DNA of 63,919 nucleotides, filler included, from Octopus bimaculoides (Eukaryota), in NCBI RefSeq assembly GCF_001194135.2. It is 6 parts of 6 records of this genome, joined end to end, with 100 filler letters (N's around TTAATTAATTAA, not from the genome) between each part and the next. Parts side by side here need not be neighbours in the genome. Positions count along the whole stretch, not along the records: positions 22,740 to 42,207 come from NC_068995.1; 5 more parts are not named here. One strand, written 5' to 3'. Below, in pieces: positions 25,301 to 37,024 of this stretch. The first letter of the stretch is position 1, and each line of letters begins with the position of its first letter. The translations under genes were made by a program, and so were the position numbers. The notes beneath the pieces were generated by a model. The model ran no database searches. It was given only the letters and a program-made list of their open reading frames with translations, and was not told where the DNA came from.

Positions 25301-26131
25301 ATAGAAATAAGAAACTTGCTTTTAAGGCTGTCTTCTATTTTTTTACATGTTTCAGGGATTGAACTGCAGTCATGCTGTGGCACTGCCCTAAAGGGTTTAG
25401 GTCGAACAAATCGACCCAGGACTTATTTTGTTTTACATCTGGTACTTATTCTATCGGTCTCTCTTGCCGAACCTCTTAGTTATAAGGACATAAACCAACA
25501 CCGGTTGTCAAACAATGTTGAAGAACAAGCATACACTTTACAAACACACACAAACACACCCACATTCACACACGTTGATCGAAATTTTGGGACAATACAG
25601 AAAATGCCGATTGGGAGTTGGGGTTGGTAATCTTAAAAGCCAACTGGTGATAATCACAAACAATATTTTTATCTTATTAAACCTCCTCAGTGATGTATGT
25701 TGTCCTCAGGTATTATTGCCCGAGTTTCTACAATCTGCATTGCCTCTCTACCAAGCAAAAATTTCACTCAACTGATCGTATCAAGGATATTTACCTTGTG
25801 TCTGCTAACTGCTCGAATAATTAACTCACTTCTCTAATTCCTCCTCCTCTTTAACGACCATTTGCTTCTGCAAAGCCAGCTCTATGGCAAGCCAACTATT
25901 TTATGTTACTTCCAACAGAAATTTAGTGAAAATAGTGTTGTACTTGATATCAACATAGCTGAGATCAACTGAGTGTCTGGCCTGTGAATCTCCACGTAAA
26001 CTGCATGTCTATTGGCTCCACTCATTTCTTGCCTCTTGGATCACAAACTTCTTTTCAGATGGCACTGTCATAGCATGTGCCAATTGAACTCTTTCTGCAC
26101 CATACTTTATCAACTCATTTGCCACGTTTCA

Positions 26132-26551
26132 TTCTTCACAAATCTTCTCCCAATCTTCATCTACGTACAGCTTATCATCGACGTTAATGATGGCCGCGTC
26201 GGCATCGGCAACGTTGACGTCAACGTCGGCAGTGTTTGCGTCAACGTCGGCAGCGTTTGCGCCGGCATCGGCAGCGTTGGCGTCAACGTCGGCAGTGTTT
26301 GCGTCAACGTCGGCAGCGTTTGCGTCGGCATCGGCAGCGTTGACGTCAACGTCGGCATCGGAAGTGTCGGCCGTGTTTGCGTCAACGTCGGCATCGGAAG
26401 CGTCGACGTTGGAAGCTGTGACATTGGAAGCGTCGACATCAGAAGCATCGGAATCGAAAGCATCGACGTCGGAAGCGTCGGTGTCGACGTATGAGGCGTT
26501 GGTGTCGACAGCATAGCCGTCGGCATTGGTGTCATCAACATCATTGTTCTT
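26132..26551 (-). repeat. GC-rich 21-bp-based minisatellite; ATG-less stop-free frame of 140 codons encoding (NAADVDA/NTADVDA/SDVDA)n
   Basis: Unit GCGTCAACGTCGGCAG(T/C)GTTT on +; manual translation between minus-strand stops at 26552-26554 and 26129-26131. Confidence 0.8.
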
Positions 26552-27369
26552 TCAACGTCCAAATTTCCATGCTTGCATGGGTCAGATAGAATTTGTTGAA
26601 GCAGATTGTCTACAGCTAATGCCAAATCTAAACTGGTTCCACAACGAGACAGTCACTCTCAGTTTGTCAGTTTGTGTTAACGATTTGGCAAAAAAAAAAA
26701 AAGAAAGAAAAAAGACTGATAGAATAAATACCAGATTTCCAATAGGTTTTAGGGCCTATTTTATTGACGAAAACCCTTCATGGCGGAGTTCCAGCAAGGC
26801 CACAATCCATTGATTGAATAGAGTAAAAGAATAACCCTATACAAGATTCAAGTGAGATCGACAATGCTATACTGTTTTCATGTCTATGACGGAGAACTCA
26901 GATCACATCCTCAGCCTAGCACTCCACCAATAGGTTAACGAACATTCTCTAATCTCAGGTCCATAGACGTGATGTCTCCTCCTCCTCCACGCCGCCACTA
27001 CTACTACTACTACTACTACTACAACAACAACAACTGCTGCGGATGAGATAGAATCGGTTCTTTGAGGTTGTAAAACGAATTTCTTACCATTTAGCTATGA
27101 TGCGTTCTGCGATACAAAGGCCCATCTTCCGCATAAAGAGTTTCACACTAATTCTACTTCAGATTTAATTTTACTGTACACTTATCTACGGAGTACTCAT
27201 CCACTCACATGCTAGTTCTTCTTTTTTTTTTTTTTTTGAGCGTGAACGCACGTGGCTTAGTGATTAGGGTATTTGACTCGCAATCGTAAGGTCGTGAGCA
27301 GTGGTGGCTCGTAGATAAAATTAGCGGAGGTGCTGCTTCAGAAAATTTTTAGCCATTTTCTTTAGATTG

Positions 27370-27691
27370 GGATCTTTTGGGTTTGACGGGCAACACTTGT
27401 TTTCTTAACGAAACACTTTCAAACTTGGAACACTGGTAGAATGTGTCATATAAAACAACTTTTTCTCTTAGCCTTCTTAACAAAAAATTGTACGTCGCAA
27501 GTTATTTCATGTTAAAGTTGTCGTATTTCTGTAATTTCAACCAATCACTGACGTCTATTCAGCTGAATACAGTTAGCGCTCTTTTGTAAACAATAATTTT
27601 TTGCCGGTGATACAAGTATACGAAGTTTGAAAGTGTTTCGGTACCAAAAACACTACATAAAAAAATGTTGCCCGTCAAACCAAAAAGATCC
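27370..27691. mobile_element. MITE with about 26-bp TIRs and an 18-bp subterminal inverted repeat
   Basis: GGATCTTTTGGGTTTGACGGGCAACA (27370-27395) / TGTTGCCCGTCAAACCAAAAAGATCC (27666-27691); CGAAACACTTTCAAACTT 27409-27426 inverted at 27623-27640. Confidence 0.88.
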
Positions 27692-27962
27692 AATTTTTAG
27701 CCATTTTATTAAGATTGTGTAAAAGAAAACAAACATATATATATATATATATAAAATTATGCATAAACTAGCCACTGCCGGGTAGTGTGTTTAATTTGTT
27801 CACCGAACACCGCCATGAATACCCCTTGTTTTCCAAAGAATATAAGCACGTATGTATGCATATTTTTCAAAGAATAGAAACATGTATGATGTATAAGTGC
27901 AGGTTTGTATGTTTTATTTTTTGTATGCATTCTCAAGCATATAGTTGCATATCTAAACATGC

Positions 27963-28190
27963 TCATATAAATTTAAACTTCTGGAAAGTTTTACAGATTT
28001 TTACAGTTCCAGTGATGGAATGGATCTGTAGTCTTCGAATTAGCTTTCTCCTTTCTGGTTCTGAGAAGCCTGATTTCTCAAGATTGGTATTTAGGCAGTG
28101 TGTTACATATCCTAGGGCCTCAATAATCACAGGTATAAACCTAAACTTGTAATCTGGATAGAATAACTGCAGATTTTTCAATAGTTCAGT
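27963..28190 (-). mobile_element. RLE-type LINE extreme C-terminus (third family)
   Basis: YPDYKFRFIPVIIEALGYV..LQIHSITGTVKICKTFQKF* parallels the IPIIVGALG..QKIALLGTAHILRK end of the R4-type copies. Confidence 0.65.
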
Positions 28191-28899
28191 GTAGGTGTTC
28201 TCTTTTTCACTGATCTTCAGCTATATGTTAACATCCGCAGGCTCCCTTCTCTATTTGTGTGTGTGTGTGTGTGTGCGTGCATTTGTAGCGCCTCTTTTGT
28301 TTATTTTAGCAGCTTGAGATTATCTCCAGAAATACGAAGCGATCGTATAGAACAAAGCTTTTAACCACCAGCAAAGTACCAAATTTATACTGTACAAGGG
28401 AAATAACTTCAACAAGTAGAAAAGATTACACGAGTGATTTCCCTTGCTTTCATTTTAACTTGATAACTACGTTATTCATTCATTTCTCGATGTGGCGAGC
28501 TGGCAGAATCATTAGCAGGCTGGACAGTGGTATTTCGCCCGTCTGAGTTCAAATTCTGCCGAGGTCGACTTTGCCTTTCATCCTTTCGGGGTCGATAAAT
28601 TAAGTACCAGTTACGCAGTGGAGTCGATGTAATCGACTTATGCCCCCACCCAAAATTTCAGGTTTTGTGCCTACAGTAGAAAGGTTATTCATTCATGAGT
28701 CGTCAATGGGATGTCTCTCTCTCTCTCTCTCTCTCTTTCTCACACACACATACTTTGTGTTCTAGCCATAACCATCTTATATTTTCCCGGGCAAAACGAA
28801 GGCGTTGCTTTGTAGGATAACACAGGAGACGCGCCGGAACAACCACTACGACTCGAGGACAGGTGTAAATGTTAGTGAGTTTATTTGTATGAAAGTTGG

Positions 28900-29555
28900 A
28901 TTTAGTGACGTGTTAGTGGTTGGATTATTCGGTTCACGATCGTAGGGTCGTGAGTTCGACTCCTGGCCTCGCAAAGCACTTCATTTCACACTGTTCCAGT
29001 CTGTTCAGTGGGAAAAATCGAGTAGTGCTTGTAATTCGAAGGAATTGTCTCATTCAGCCTTGTTACATTCTTGACAATGCGTGTCTGTAGAATACTCAGC
29101 CACTTGTATGGCGAGCTGGCAGAAACGTTAGCACGCCGGGTGAAATGCTTAGCGGTATTTCGTCTGCCATTGCGTTCTGAGTTCAAATTCCGCTGAGGTC
29201 GACTTTGCCTTTCATCCTTTCGGGGTCGATAAATTAAGTACCAGTTACGTACTGGGGTCGATATAATCGACTTAATCCGTTTGTCTGTCCTTGTTTGTCC
29301 CCTCTGTGTGTAGCCCCTTGTGGGCAGTAAAGAAATAGGTATTTCGTCTGTCTTTACGTTCTGAGTTCAAATTCCACCAAGGTCGACTTTGCCTTTCACC
29401 CTTTCGGGGTCGATAAATTAAGTACCTGTTGCATGCTGGGGTCGATCTAATCGACTGACACCCTCCACGCAAAATTTCGGGCGTTGAATTACACGAACAG
29501 ACCGTCCGTGCCATCGATTGGATCAATTGAAACTTGTGTCGTCGTAAGCGACGGC
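28900..29555 (+). mobile_element. Nested SINEs: tRNA-headed family C host with two family-A copies (29108-29340, 29341-29480) inside
   Basis: Host reads ..CTCAGCCACTTGTA at 29095-29108 and resumes CGTTGAATTACACGA..GTCGTCGTAAGCGACGG at 29482; these are contiguous in the intact copy at 38900-39265. Confidence 0.75.
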
Positions 29556-30317
29556 CTGTCAATGGGTGTACGATAAGTTAACTGGTACGGGAATTAGTTT
29601 ATTGGTATATCAGTATAAGAATTCATTGCACTGGTGTAAGAATTAGAAGTTCTTTGATATAAGTCTTGGCAGCACAAGGTGTGGGGGGGGGGGTCTTGGT
29701 GACGTCAGTACTGCAAGCATTATTGATTTATGTGTTTGTGGTGTAAATATTTGTAGGACTATTCAGATGAAACGATGTATGTGATAAGTGCAGAAGGTCT
29801 TCATCAGAAATTTAACATTTGGGCTAATTTTCGCACATTCTTTTAGTCTTTTATTCTTTTACTTGTTTCAGTCATTTCAGTGCAGCCATGCTGGAGCACT
29901 GTCTTCAGTCAAACAAATCGACTGCAGGACTTATTCTTTGTAAGTCTAATACTTATTCTACCAGTCTCTTTTGGGACATAAATGAGGATGATATTTTGAT
30001 GGAAGGTTATAATTTGGACCACATAAATTCAGGAAGTCTGTGTCACTGAATTCTCAAAAGTGCTTAAATAGTTTTTTAATCTTGTTTTAGTCTTGGAAAT
30101 ATATTTATATATCACACAGAAAATAACACAAAATCAATAAATATAGGATTATGGCTCTATATTTTATTATATTTTAAAGCCGAATAGATATATAAGATAT
30201 TTGTTTAATGATATTTTAGAGGAATTAGTAAAGTATTGATATACAAGTTAAAATGTTAATGAATTTTTTTCAGTTATACAATAATGAAGGTTTTAAACAT
30301 GAAATAAACAGAAATTG

Positions 30318-31067
30318 TTAAGCAGCCATTTTGTTTTTTATGAAGTTTGTAGCTTTTTCAAGTAACTTCTCTGAATTCATTGGTTGCATATTCTGAGATT
30401 CCAGCCAAACCATTGCCTTGTTTTCCATTAATTCCCATTCACAACGCTGAGAAACTAATTTTTCTCTTAGTACAGCAACAGCAATAGCTGTAGCCCATAT
30501 TTTATCACTAACGGATGGATTCTCATTGTTCAGGTCCTTAAGAGAAATATTGAGAGCTTGAGCCAATTGATCATCTAGATTCCAGAAACCATAGAAAGCT
30601 TGTAGGTCAACCAAGCATGTTAAAATGTCCTTATTTGTTGTCTCAGCAGAAATAGAGGATTCTGCATCACTCACATTTAACGATCTTGTAAATGTCCGAG
30701 ACAAGCAACTGACACCCATAGAATCAGTAGCTTCAATTTTTGAATAACATTTCTGATTTGCTCGCTTAATCATACATGGTAAAATCTCTTTATTTTTTGT
30801 CCTAGAAACGAATTTCTGAGACAAGCAATTCAAATTGGCAAATCCAAAGTCAGAAGGCACAAAATCAGCACTGGAATCCACACTATCAACATTTATAAAT
30901 TCAAAGTCTTCATCTAAATCAAGATCGGATTTATTGACTGGGCAACTGATAGCTTGTGGAGGTGGTGGTACTGGTGCTGGTGAAGAGGAAACCGCGCAGG
31001 GCATTGGCTTACATTCTGGAATATTCTTCTTCAAACCAACAAAACTTGTGTACTTTGAAACCAAATT
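30318..31067 (-). CDS. VWA5A: VWA5A-like protein copy B, C-terminal 249 aa only (5' part lost in gap)
   Basis: NLVSKYTSFVG..LVDLQAFYGFWNLD..WATAIAVAVLR..EWELMENKAMVWL matches VWA5A-family C-terminal motifs; no stops or introns; about 95% nt identity to copy A over the last 108 codons. Confidence 0.8.
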   Translation of the reverse strand, partial: NLVSKYTSFVGLKKNIPECKPMPCAVSSSPAPVPPPPQAISCPVNKSDLDLDEDFEFINVDSVDSSADFVPSDFGFANLNCLSQKFVSRTKNKEILPCMIKRANQKCYSKIEATDSMGVSCLSRTFTRSLNVSDAESSISAETTNKDILTCLVDLQAFYGFWNLDDQLAQALNISLKDLNNENPSVSDKIWATAIAVAVLREKLVSQRCEWELMENKAMVWLESQNMQPMNSEKLLEKATNFIKNKMAA

Positions 31068-31167
31068 NNNNNNNNNNNNNNNNNNNNNNNNNNNNNNNNN
31101 NNNNNNNNNNNNNNNNNNNNNNNNNNNNNNNNNNNNNNNNNNNNNNNNNNNNNNNNNNNNNNNNNNN

Positions 31168-31210
31168 GCGGACCCCCTGTGGTCCGCGGACCACAGTTTG
31201 AAAACCCCTG
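31168..31210 (-). mobile_element. hAT (Charlie-like) element terminus
   Basis: Reverse complement begins CAGGGGTTTTCAAACTGTGGTCCGCGGACCAC; flank CTCTACAT resembles the Charlie NTCTAGAN target; remainder in gap. Confidence 0.6.
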
Positions 31211-31215
31211 CTCTA

Positions 31216-31950
31216 CATGATGATGCAAAATCCATGTGCAGAGACATCACTACTGTCTTCAGTAATGTTAGTGCGGTTGATCTGGTTAGTATCAGTGACG
31301 TAAACCCTCAACTAACCATATCTAGCATAACTTTTGTTGCTCCTGATATCCTAACAGAAATAGATAAGATCAAGCACAACTCGGCAGTAGGTCCCGATAA
31401 GTTACCGGCCACTGTCCTGAAGATGTGTCGACACCAACTTGCGCCCCCTCTAGCTGAGCTCTGGAGAAATTCACTTGACGCAGGCTACATTCCTGATCAT
31501 TTTCTTTCCTAGTCTGTCGTTCCAGTCTTAAAAAAGAGAAACAAATCTCTTGCAGCGATCTACCATCCAATTTCACTCACTTCTCATATCATTAGAGTAT
31601 ATGAGAAGGTGGTGAGATCATGAATAACTCACTTCCTCGAAGACAACAGTCTGCTGAATCCCAAACAGCATGGTTTCCGTGATGGCAAGGACTACCTGTC
31701 GCAGTTTCTACACCATTTTGATGACATCTTAAAAGCTTCGGGAGAAGGCTCCAACACTAACGTCATACAGCTTGATTTCAGCAAGGCATTTGATAGAGTG
31801 GAACACAAAATCCTGCTGAAGAAACTGTCCAACATTGGAGTCCGTGGAAAGCTGCTGCAGTGGATAAAGTGTTTCCTGACAAACAGAACCCAACGTGTTG
31901 TGTTTGAGGGGATATGATCTAGCTCAACCAAAGTCATTAGAGGTGTTATA
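31216..31950 (+). mobile_element. CR1/Jockey-group LINE reverse transcriptase fragment, pseudogenised
   Basis: [59 protein letters not shown] with in-frame stops; ends before the QG/YADD motifs. Confidence 0.88.
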
Positions 31951-32349
31951 TTTTCTTAGAGTTTTCCATCTTCTAGTTTAGATACATTTGTCAGGGCTAG
32001 AAGTCCAACCTGTAATCATCCACAAAATGTAAACCTGTGCACAAAAACAGAAATTTGTAAATCCTCGTATATATAAATGTAATTGAATGGCTTTTGCCTC
32101 TCTTCGCTTCAAACATTTGACAGGTCTTTGACAAAATTTACATCTTTCATTGCATCCAGATAGCATCCTACCCACCAAGCAGTCTTGGTGTTTTTGCCAG
32201 TTTAGTCACTGACAGTTCAGATATACACAAGTGGCAATCATGATTGACCTGCCATATTATATATGAATTAATTGTGTTGCTAATTTGATCTTTGCATGTA
32301 ATTATCATCAGAATCCTCAATAATTCTATCTTTTGTTTGGTTTCTTTCA

Positions 32350-32373
32350 TTTTTGTATATTTTTTCTATACAG
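32350..32373 (+). promoter_or_regulatory. 3' splice acceptor of a 5'-UTR intron, 16 nt before the copy A ATG
   Basis: TTTTTGTATATTTTTTCTATACAG| ending 32373; ATG at 32390. Confidence 0.6.
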
Positions 32374-32389
32374 GTATCTTAAATACAAT

Positions 32390-34607
32390 ATGGATTATTT
32401 AATGGTATTTGGAATCATCTGCGAAAAGAAAACAAAAGTTTCTCTTCTCTATGCCACTCACACGATATCCATTAATGGATTTACATCACATGTCAACATC
32501 GAAGCTGAATATATAAATGAAAACCAACACAAGACAGAAGCTAAGTTTGTTTTCCCTGTGGAAGAAGACAGTGCCGTATATAAATTTGAAGCTAAAATTG
32601 GTGATGTCCATTTAGTAGCCAAATCTAAAGACAAAGATGTTGCCAAAAAGGAGTACAAGGAAGCTGTAGATAAGGGACAGTCTGCCATTTTGTTGCGAGA
32701 GACCAGCACGTCTGGCGATATTTTTGAGTATAGCTTAGGTAATATTCCAGCTAACGAAAAGATCCATTTACAAATATGCCTTGTTTCTGAGCTTTCTTGT
32801 GAAGTTGATGGGGCAGTGAAATTTTATATGCCATTTGTGCTTAATCCCAGATATGNNNNNNNNNNNNNNNNNNNNNNNNNNNNNNNNNNNNNNNNNNNNN
32901 NNNNNNNNNNNNNNNNNNNNNNNNNNNNNNNNNNNNNNNNNNNNNNNNNNNNNNNNNNNNNNNNNNNNNNNNNNNNNNNNNNNNNNNNNNNNNNNNNNNN
33001 NNNNNNNNNNNNNNNNNNNNNNNNNNNNNNNNNNNNNNNNNNNNNNNNNNNNNNNNNNNNNNNNNNNNNNNNNNNNNNNNNNNNNNNNNNNNNNNNNNNN
33101 NNNNNNNNNNNNNNNNNNNNNNNNNNNNNNNNNNNNNNNNNNNNNNNNNNNNNNNNNNNNNNNNNNNNNNNNNNNNNNNNNNNNNNNNNNNNNNNNNNNN
33201 NNNNNNNNNNNNNNNNNNNNNNNNNNNNNNNNNNNNNNNNNNNNNNNNNNNNNNNNNNNNNNNNNNNNNNNNNNNNNNNNNNNNNNNNNNNNNNNNNNNN
33301 NNNNNNNNNNNNNNNNNNNNNNNNNNNNNNNNNNNNNNNNNNNNNNNNNNNNNNNNNNNNNNNNNNNNNNNNNNNNNNNNNNNNNNNNNNNNNNNNNNNN
33401 NNNNNNNNNNNNNNNNNNNNNNNNNNNNNNNNNNNNNNNNNNNNNNNNNNNNNNNNNNNNNNNNNNNNNNNNNNNNNNNNNNNNNNNNNNNNNNNNNNNN
33501 NNNNNNNNNNNNNNNNNNNNNNNNNNNNNNNNNNNNNNNNNNNNNNNNNNNNNNNNNNNNNNNNNNNNNNNNNNNNNNNNNNNNNNNNNNNNNNNNNNNN
33601 NNNNNNNNNNNNNNNNNNNNNNNNNNNNNNNNNNNNNNNNNNNNNNNNNNNNNNNNNNNNNNNNNNNNNNNNTATCTTCAGTTTGTCTCTCGGCTAAACA
33701 TGGTGAAAACAATAAAGAATTATCCTTTATTTCAGTTCCAGAAAGGCTGCCCTGTATTTTCAGTGAAGAAAAATTAATCCTTTATCTAGTTTTGCATGAA
33801 ACTGAGACTAGTTGCGAAAATGTGAAATTGAATCTTTGTGGTAAAATTGGTGAATCAGACTTTTCACTTGACTTTGAAGCAAGTTTGTTCAGACAGATTG
33901 ATCAGGAAATGACAATACACCGTCTTTGTGTGAGAAGGAAAATACAGGAATTGGAATTAAAAGAAGATCTGGGTAAAGGTGATGAAATAAAATCAGAGAT
34001 TATTGATTTGGGTACAGTGGCTAATTTGGTTTCAAAGTACACAAGTTTTGTTGGTTTGAAGAAGAATATTCCGGAATTTAAGCCAATGTCTCCCAGGGCT
34101 TTCTCTTTAGCACCAGCATCACCACAATATTTAGGAGACTATGAATGTATAAGTTTTGATCATGTAGATTCCAGTACTGATTTTGTGGATTCTGGCTTTG
34201 ATTCTGTAGATTCTCGCTGCTTGTCTTGGACATTTAGAAGATCATTAAATGTGAGTGATGTGGAATCCTTTATGTTTTCTGAAACAACAAATAAGGACAT
34301 TTTAACATGTTTGGTTGATCTACAAGCTTTCTATGGTTTCTGGAATCTAGACAATCAATTGGCTCAAGCTCTCAATATTTCTCTTAAGGACCTGAACAAT
34401 GAGAATCCATCCGTTAGTGATAAAATATGGGCTACAGCTCTTGTTGTTGCTGTACTAAGAGAAAAATTAGCTTCTCAGCATTGTGAATGGGAATTAATGG
34501 AAAAGAAAGCAATGGTTTGGCTGGAATCTCAGAATATACAACCAATAAATTCAGAGAAGTTACTAGAAAAAGCTACAAACTTCATAAGAAACAAAATGGT
34601 TGCTTAA
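32390..34607 (+). CDS. VWA5A: VWA5A-like protein copy A (VIT domain, probable vWA domain in the gap, C-terminal domain), about 740 aa, apparently one coding exon
   Basis: VIT motifs EAKFVFPVEEDSAVYKFEA..AKKEYKEAV..DIFEYSLGNIP..PFVLNPRY; after the gap VPERLPCIFSEEKLILY..IHRLCVRRKIQELE..LVSKYTSFV..LQAFYGFW. The 817-N gap (32856-33672) is about the size of linker plus vWA. vWA/MIDAS not visible; frame across the gap is unverifiable. Confidence 0.82.
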
Positions 34608-34840
34608 CAATTTCTGTTTATTTCATATTTTAAAACTTTCATTACTGTATAACTGAGAAAAATATCATAACATTTTAACTTGTCTATTAATACTTTTACT
34701 CTACTAATTCCTCTAAAAGATCAGTAAACAAATATTTAACATATCTATACAGCTGTAAAATGTAATTAAAGATAAAACCATAATCCTATATTTACTGAAT
34801 TTGTGTTATTTTCTGTGTGTAATATGAATATATTTCTGTG
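34608..34840 (+). other. 3' UTR of copy A, homologous to 30090-30317 (copy B), with poly(A) signal ATTAAA at 34765-34770 (AATAAA in B at 30163-30168, -)
   Basis: By-eye alignment of the two UTRs; homology ends about 70 nt after the signal. Confidence 0.7.
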
Positions 34841-34870
34841 ATTGAAGAACGGGTGTGAAAATAAGTTTAA

Positions 34871-35141
34871 CCCTTTAGCATTTAAACTGGCCATATCCAG
34901 CCAAAAATATTCTGCCTGTTTTGTGTTCAAACTGGCCGGATCTGGTTTCTCACACCAACCCTACAATATCATTTTTAAGATTAACAGCTACCTCATCAAA
35001 ATCTCATAGCTACAAGATAATGCATGATTAGTTCAAAACAATGTGAATAAAAAAGCATTAATTTTGGCAGAATAATTAATTCGTTTTATTGGCCACAAGG
35101 GCTAATATCAATTAAAAACATGTAATGCGAACACTAAAGGG
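34871..35141. mobile_element. piggyBac-like MITE
   Basis: TTAA|CCCTTTAG ... CTAAAGGG|TTAA: TIR starting CCC with TTAA duplication (34867-34870, 35142-35145). Confidence 0.8.
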
Positions 35142-36421
35142 TTAAAGACATTCAAACTGAGTACTGAATATTTAACACTGCATTGGAACCGATTTATTAT
35201 TATTATTTTTTTTTTTTTTAGTTGTAGGTGCAATAGTCACTAATCTTGGTTTTGCTTTTTATGCTTTTAATATCCATAAAATAATGACCAATTAAGAAAT
35301 AATATTGATCAAATCAATTACATACTCTACACACATTTCTAGCCCTGTACATGTTTTGTGAATCAGTATTTTAATTTAACTATCTGCATAGCATATCTCG
35401 TCTTTTATCCTCAACTCATTTTGGTCGTTGAACTGCAGCCATTCTAAAGCACAACCTAAAAGGCATGTTTTAGTTAAACATATCAACCCCAATACTCATT
35501 TATTTTAAAATTGGATAGTTATTCCATCAGTCTCTATGGTAGAACAGCTAAATTACGCGTAGGTATGATAAATACACACACACACACACACAATGGGCCT
35601 CCATCCAGTTCCTGCGTACCAAACACACCTACAAGGAATTGGTTTGCTCTCAGCTATAATAGAATACACTTGCTGAAGGTGTTGTGTCGTGGGACTGAAC
35701 CCTAAATGTCATGGTTGTAAAGTGAGCTTCTTAACAACACAGCCATACTTCTGCCTATATACAGCCATGCTTGTGTCTTGGACACTACATTCTCCACAAT
35801 GAAGGTCAGTTATCTATCAACTTTCTCTTCAAGAATAGATGTTCTTTAGTGCGTTACCATGGCTAATTAATAGCAGCACCATTTTGGCCTGGATTTGCAG
35901 CATATTAGGAGGTCAGTGTACTTGATTCCACGCAAAAAAAAAAATCAGAGTTTTTGGGGGATTTTTTTTTTTTCTAGTGAAAATCGTGCGGGGTAAAGTA
36001 TCAAAATTTACCCCAAATTTTAGTACTCACGGGCTTAGTACTCTAAACCTCTGAAAGCAGTACCCCAACAAGGCCGCAGTTCAATGATTAAAACAAGTAA
36101 TTGAATAACAGAATATACATTGCAATGCATGCAGGACAGACCCCTTGCATTGAGGAAACCCCCTCCAGGATTTGATCCCGAAATCTACAATGACAAGCAT
36201 TGCACACAAGATATATACGATTAGCTATCAACACCAACACTACTTGGTTTAGCTTATTCACTGCTTGGTTTAACTATGATAATATTATTTCAACAAGGAT
36301 ACATATTGCATCCATCTACACCAGATTAAACTATTTCGTTTCGTAATTAGTTTTTACATTCCTCATTTTTTTTGGGGGTTGGGGGGTTCCAATCGAAATA
36401 TGTTTATTGGAGCATATCACG

Positions 36422-36452
<31 letters not shown>

Positions 36453-37024
36453 TTGTGTGATAAACATATAACAAAAAACCACACAAGTAAACAAAAACAT
36501 GAGCGAAGAGGAGAAAAAATGAAATAAAAAGTAAGAAAAATATCAATTCAACACCAAGAGGTCCCAAGTGGTTGTAGAAAGAGGTTTTCGTAATTGTCAA
36601 TATAAACGTATTGTGGGCGTTGCCGGCCTTTCCATTCATTCATTCTCTCTCTCTCTCTCTCTCTCCGTTTTCCCATTCTCTGTCTAATTTGTTGTTGGTG
36701 ACGCAGTTATATAATATGGTTCATAGTCTGTTTTGATATTATACTTAAAATCTGTTTTATTAATAAATTTACGTACCTCACTTAACCCGGATGCTCATAC
36801 TTTTCTGCTGACACATTTTATCTGGAGAACAGAACTTCTAAGCAATTAAGATTTTCTACCAAACAGTAACATTACTTTCCATCCAGAACTTAACATATTC
36901 GCAGTTCCGTTTCGTGCAGTTTATTTTGATAGAAAAACAAAAAACAAACAAAACAGGTTATACACACGTTGTTTATTTTATCCTCTTGAATTATAAACCC
37001 ATTATTAGCAGCAAAGAACTTTAA

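Noticed and set aside
26012-26625. Listed ORFs 26012-26494 (V/G/S), 26187-26516 (A/S/T) and 26161-26625 (T/L/P) as mucin-like or antifreeze-like genes
   Set aside because: All are alternative frames of one stop-poor minisatellite; none has independent support
30835-31512. 225-aa ORF, and the MMSLHMDF N-terminus of ORF 30318-31250
   Set aside because: Chimeras across a gap: antisense of copy B plus hAT end plus LINE RT. Only 30318-31067 (-) is host coding sequence
36600-36790. Possible bidirectional promoter with a minus-strand donor GAG|GTACGT (36776) serving copy B
   Set aside because: One motif only; would require copy A to sit inside B's intron; no supporting evidence
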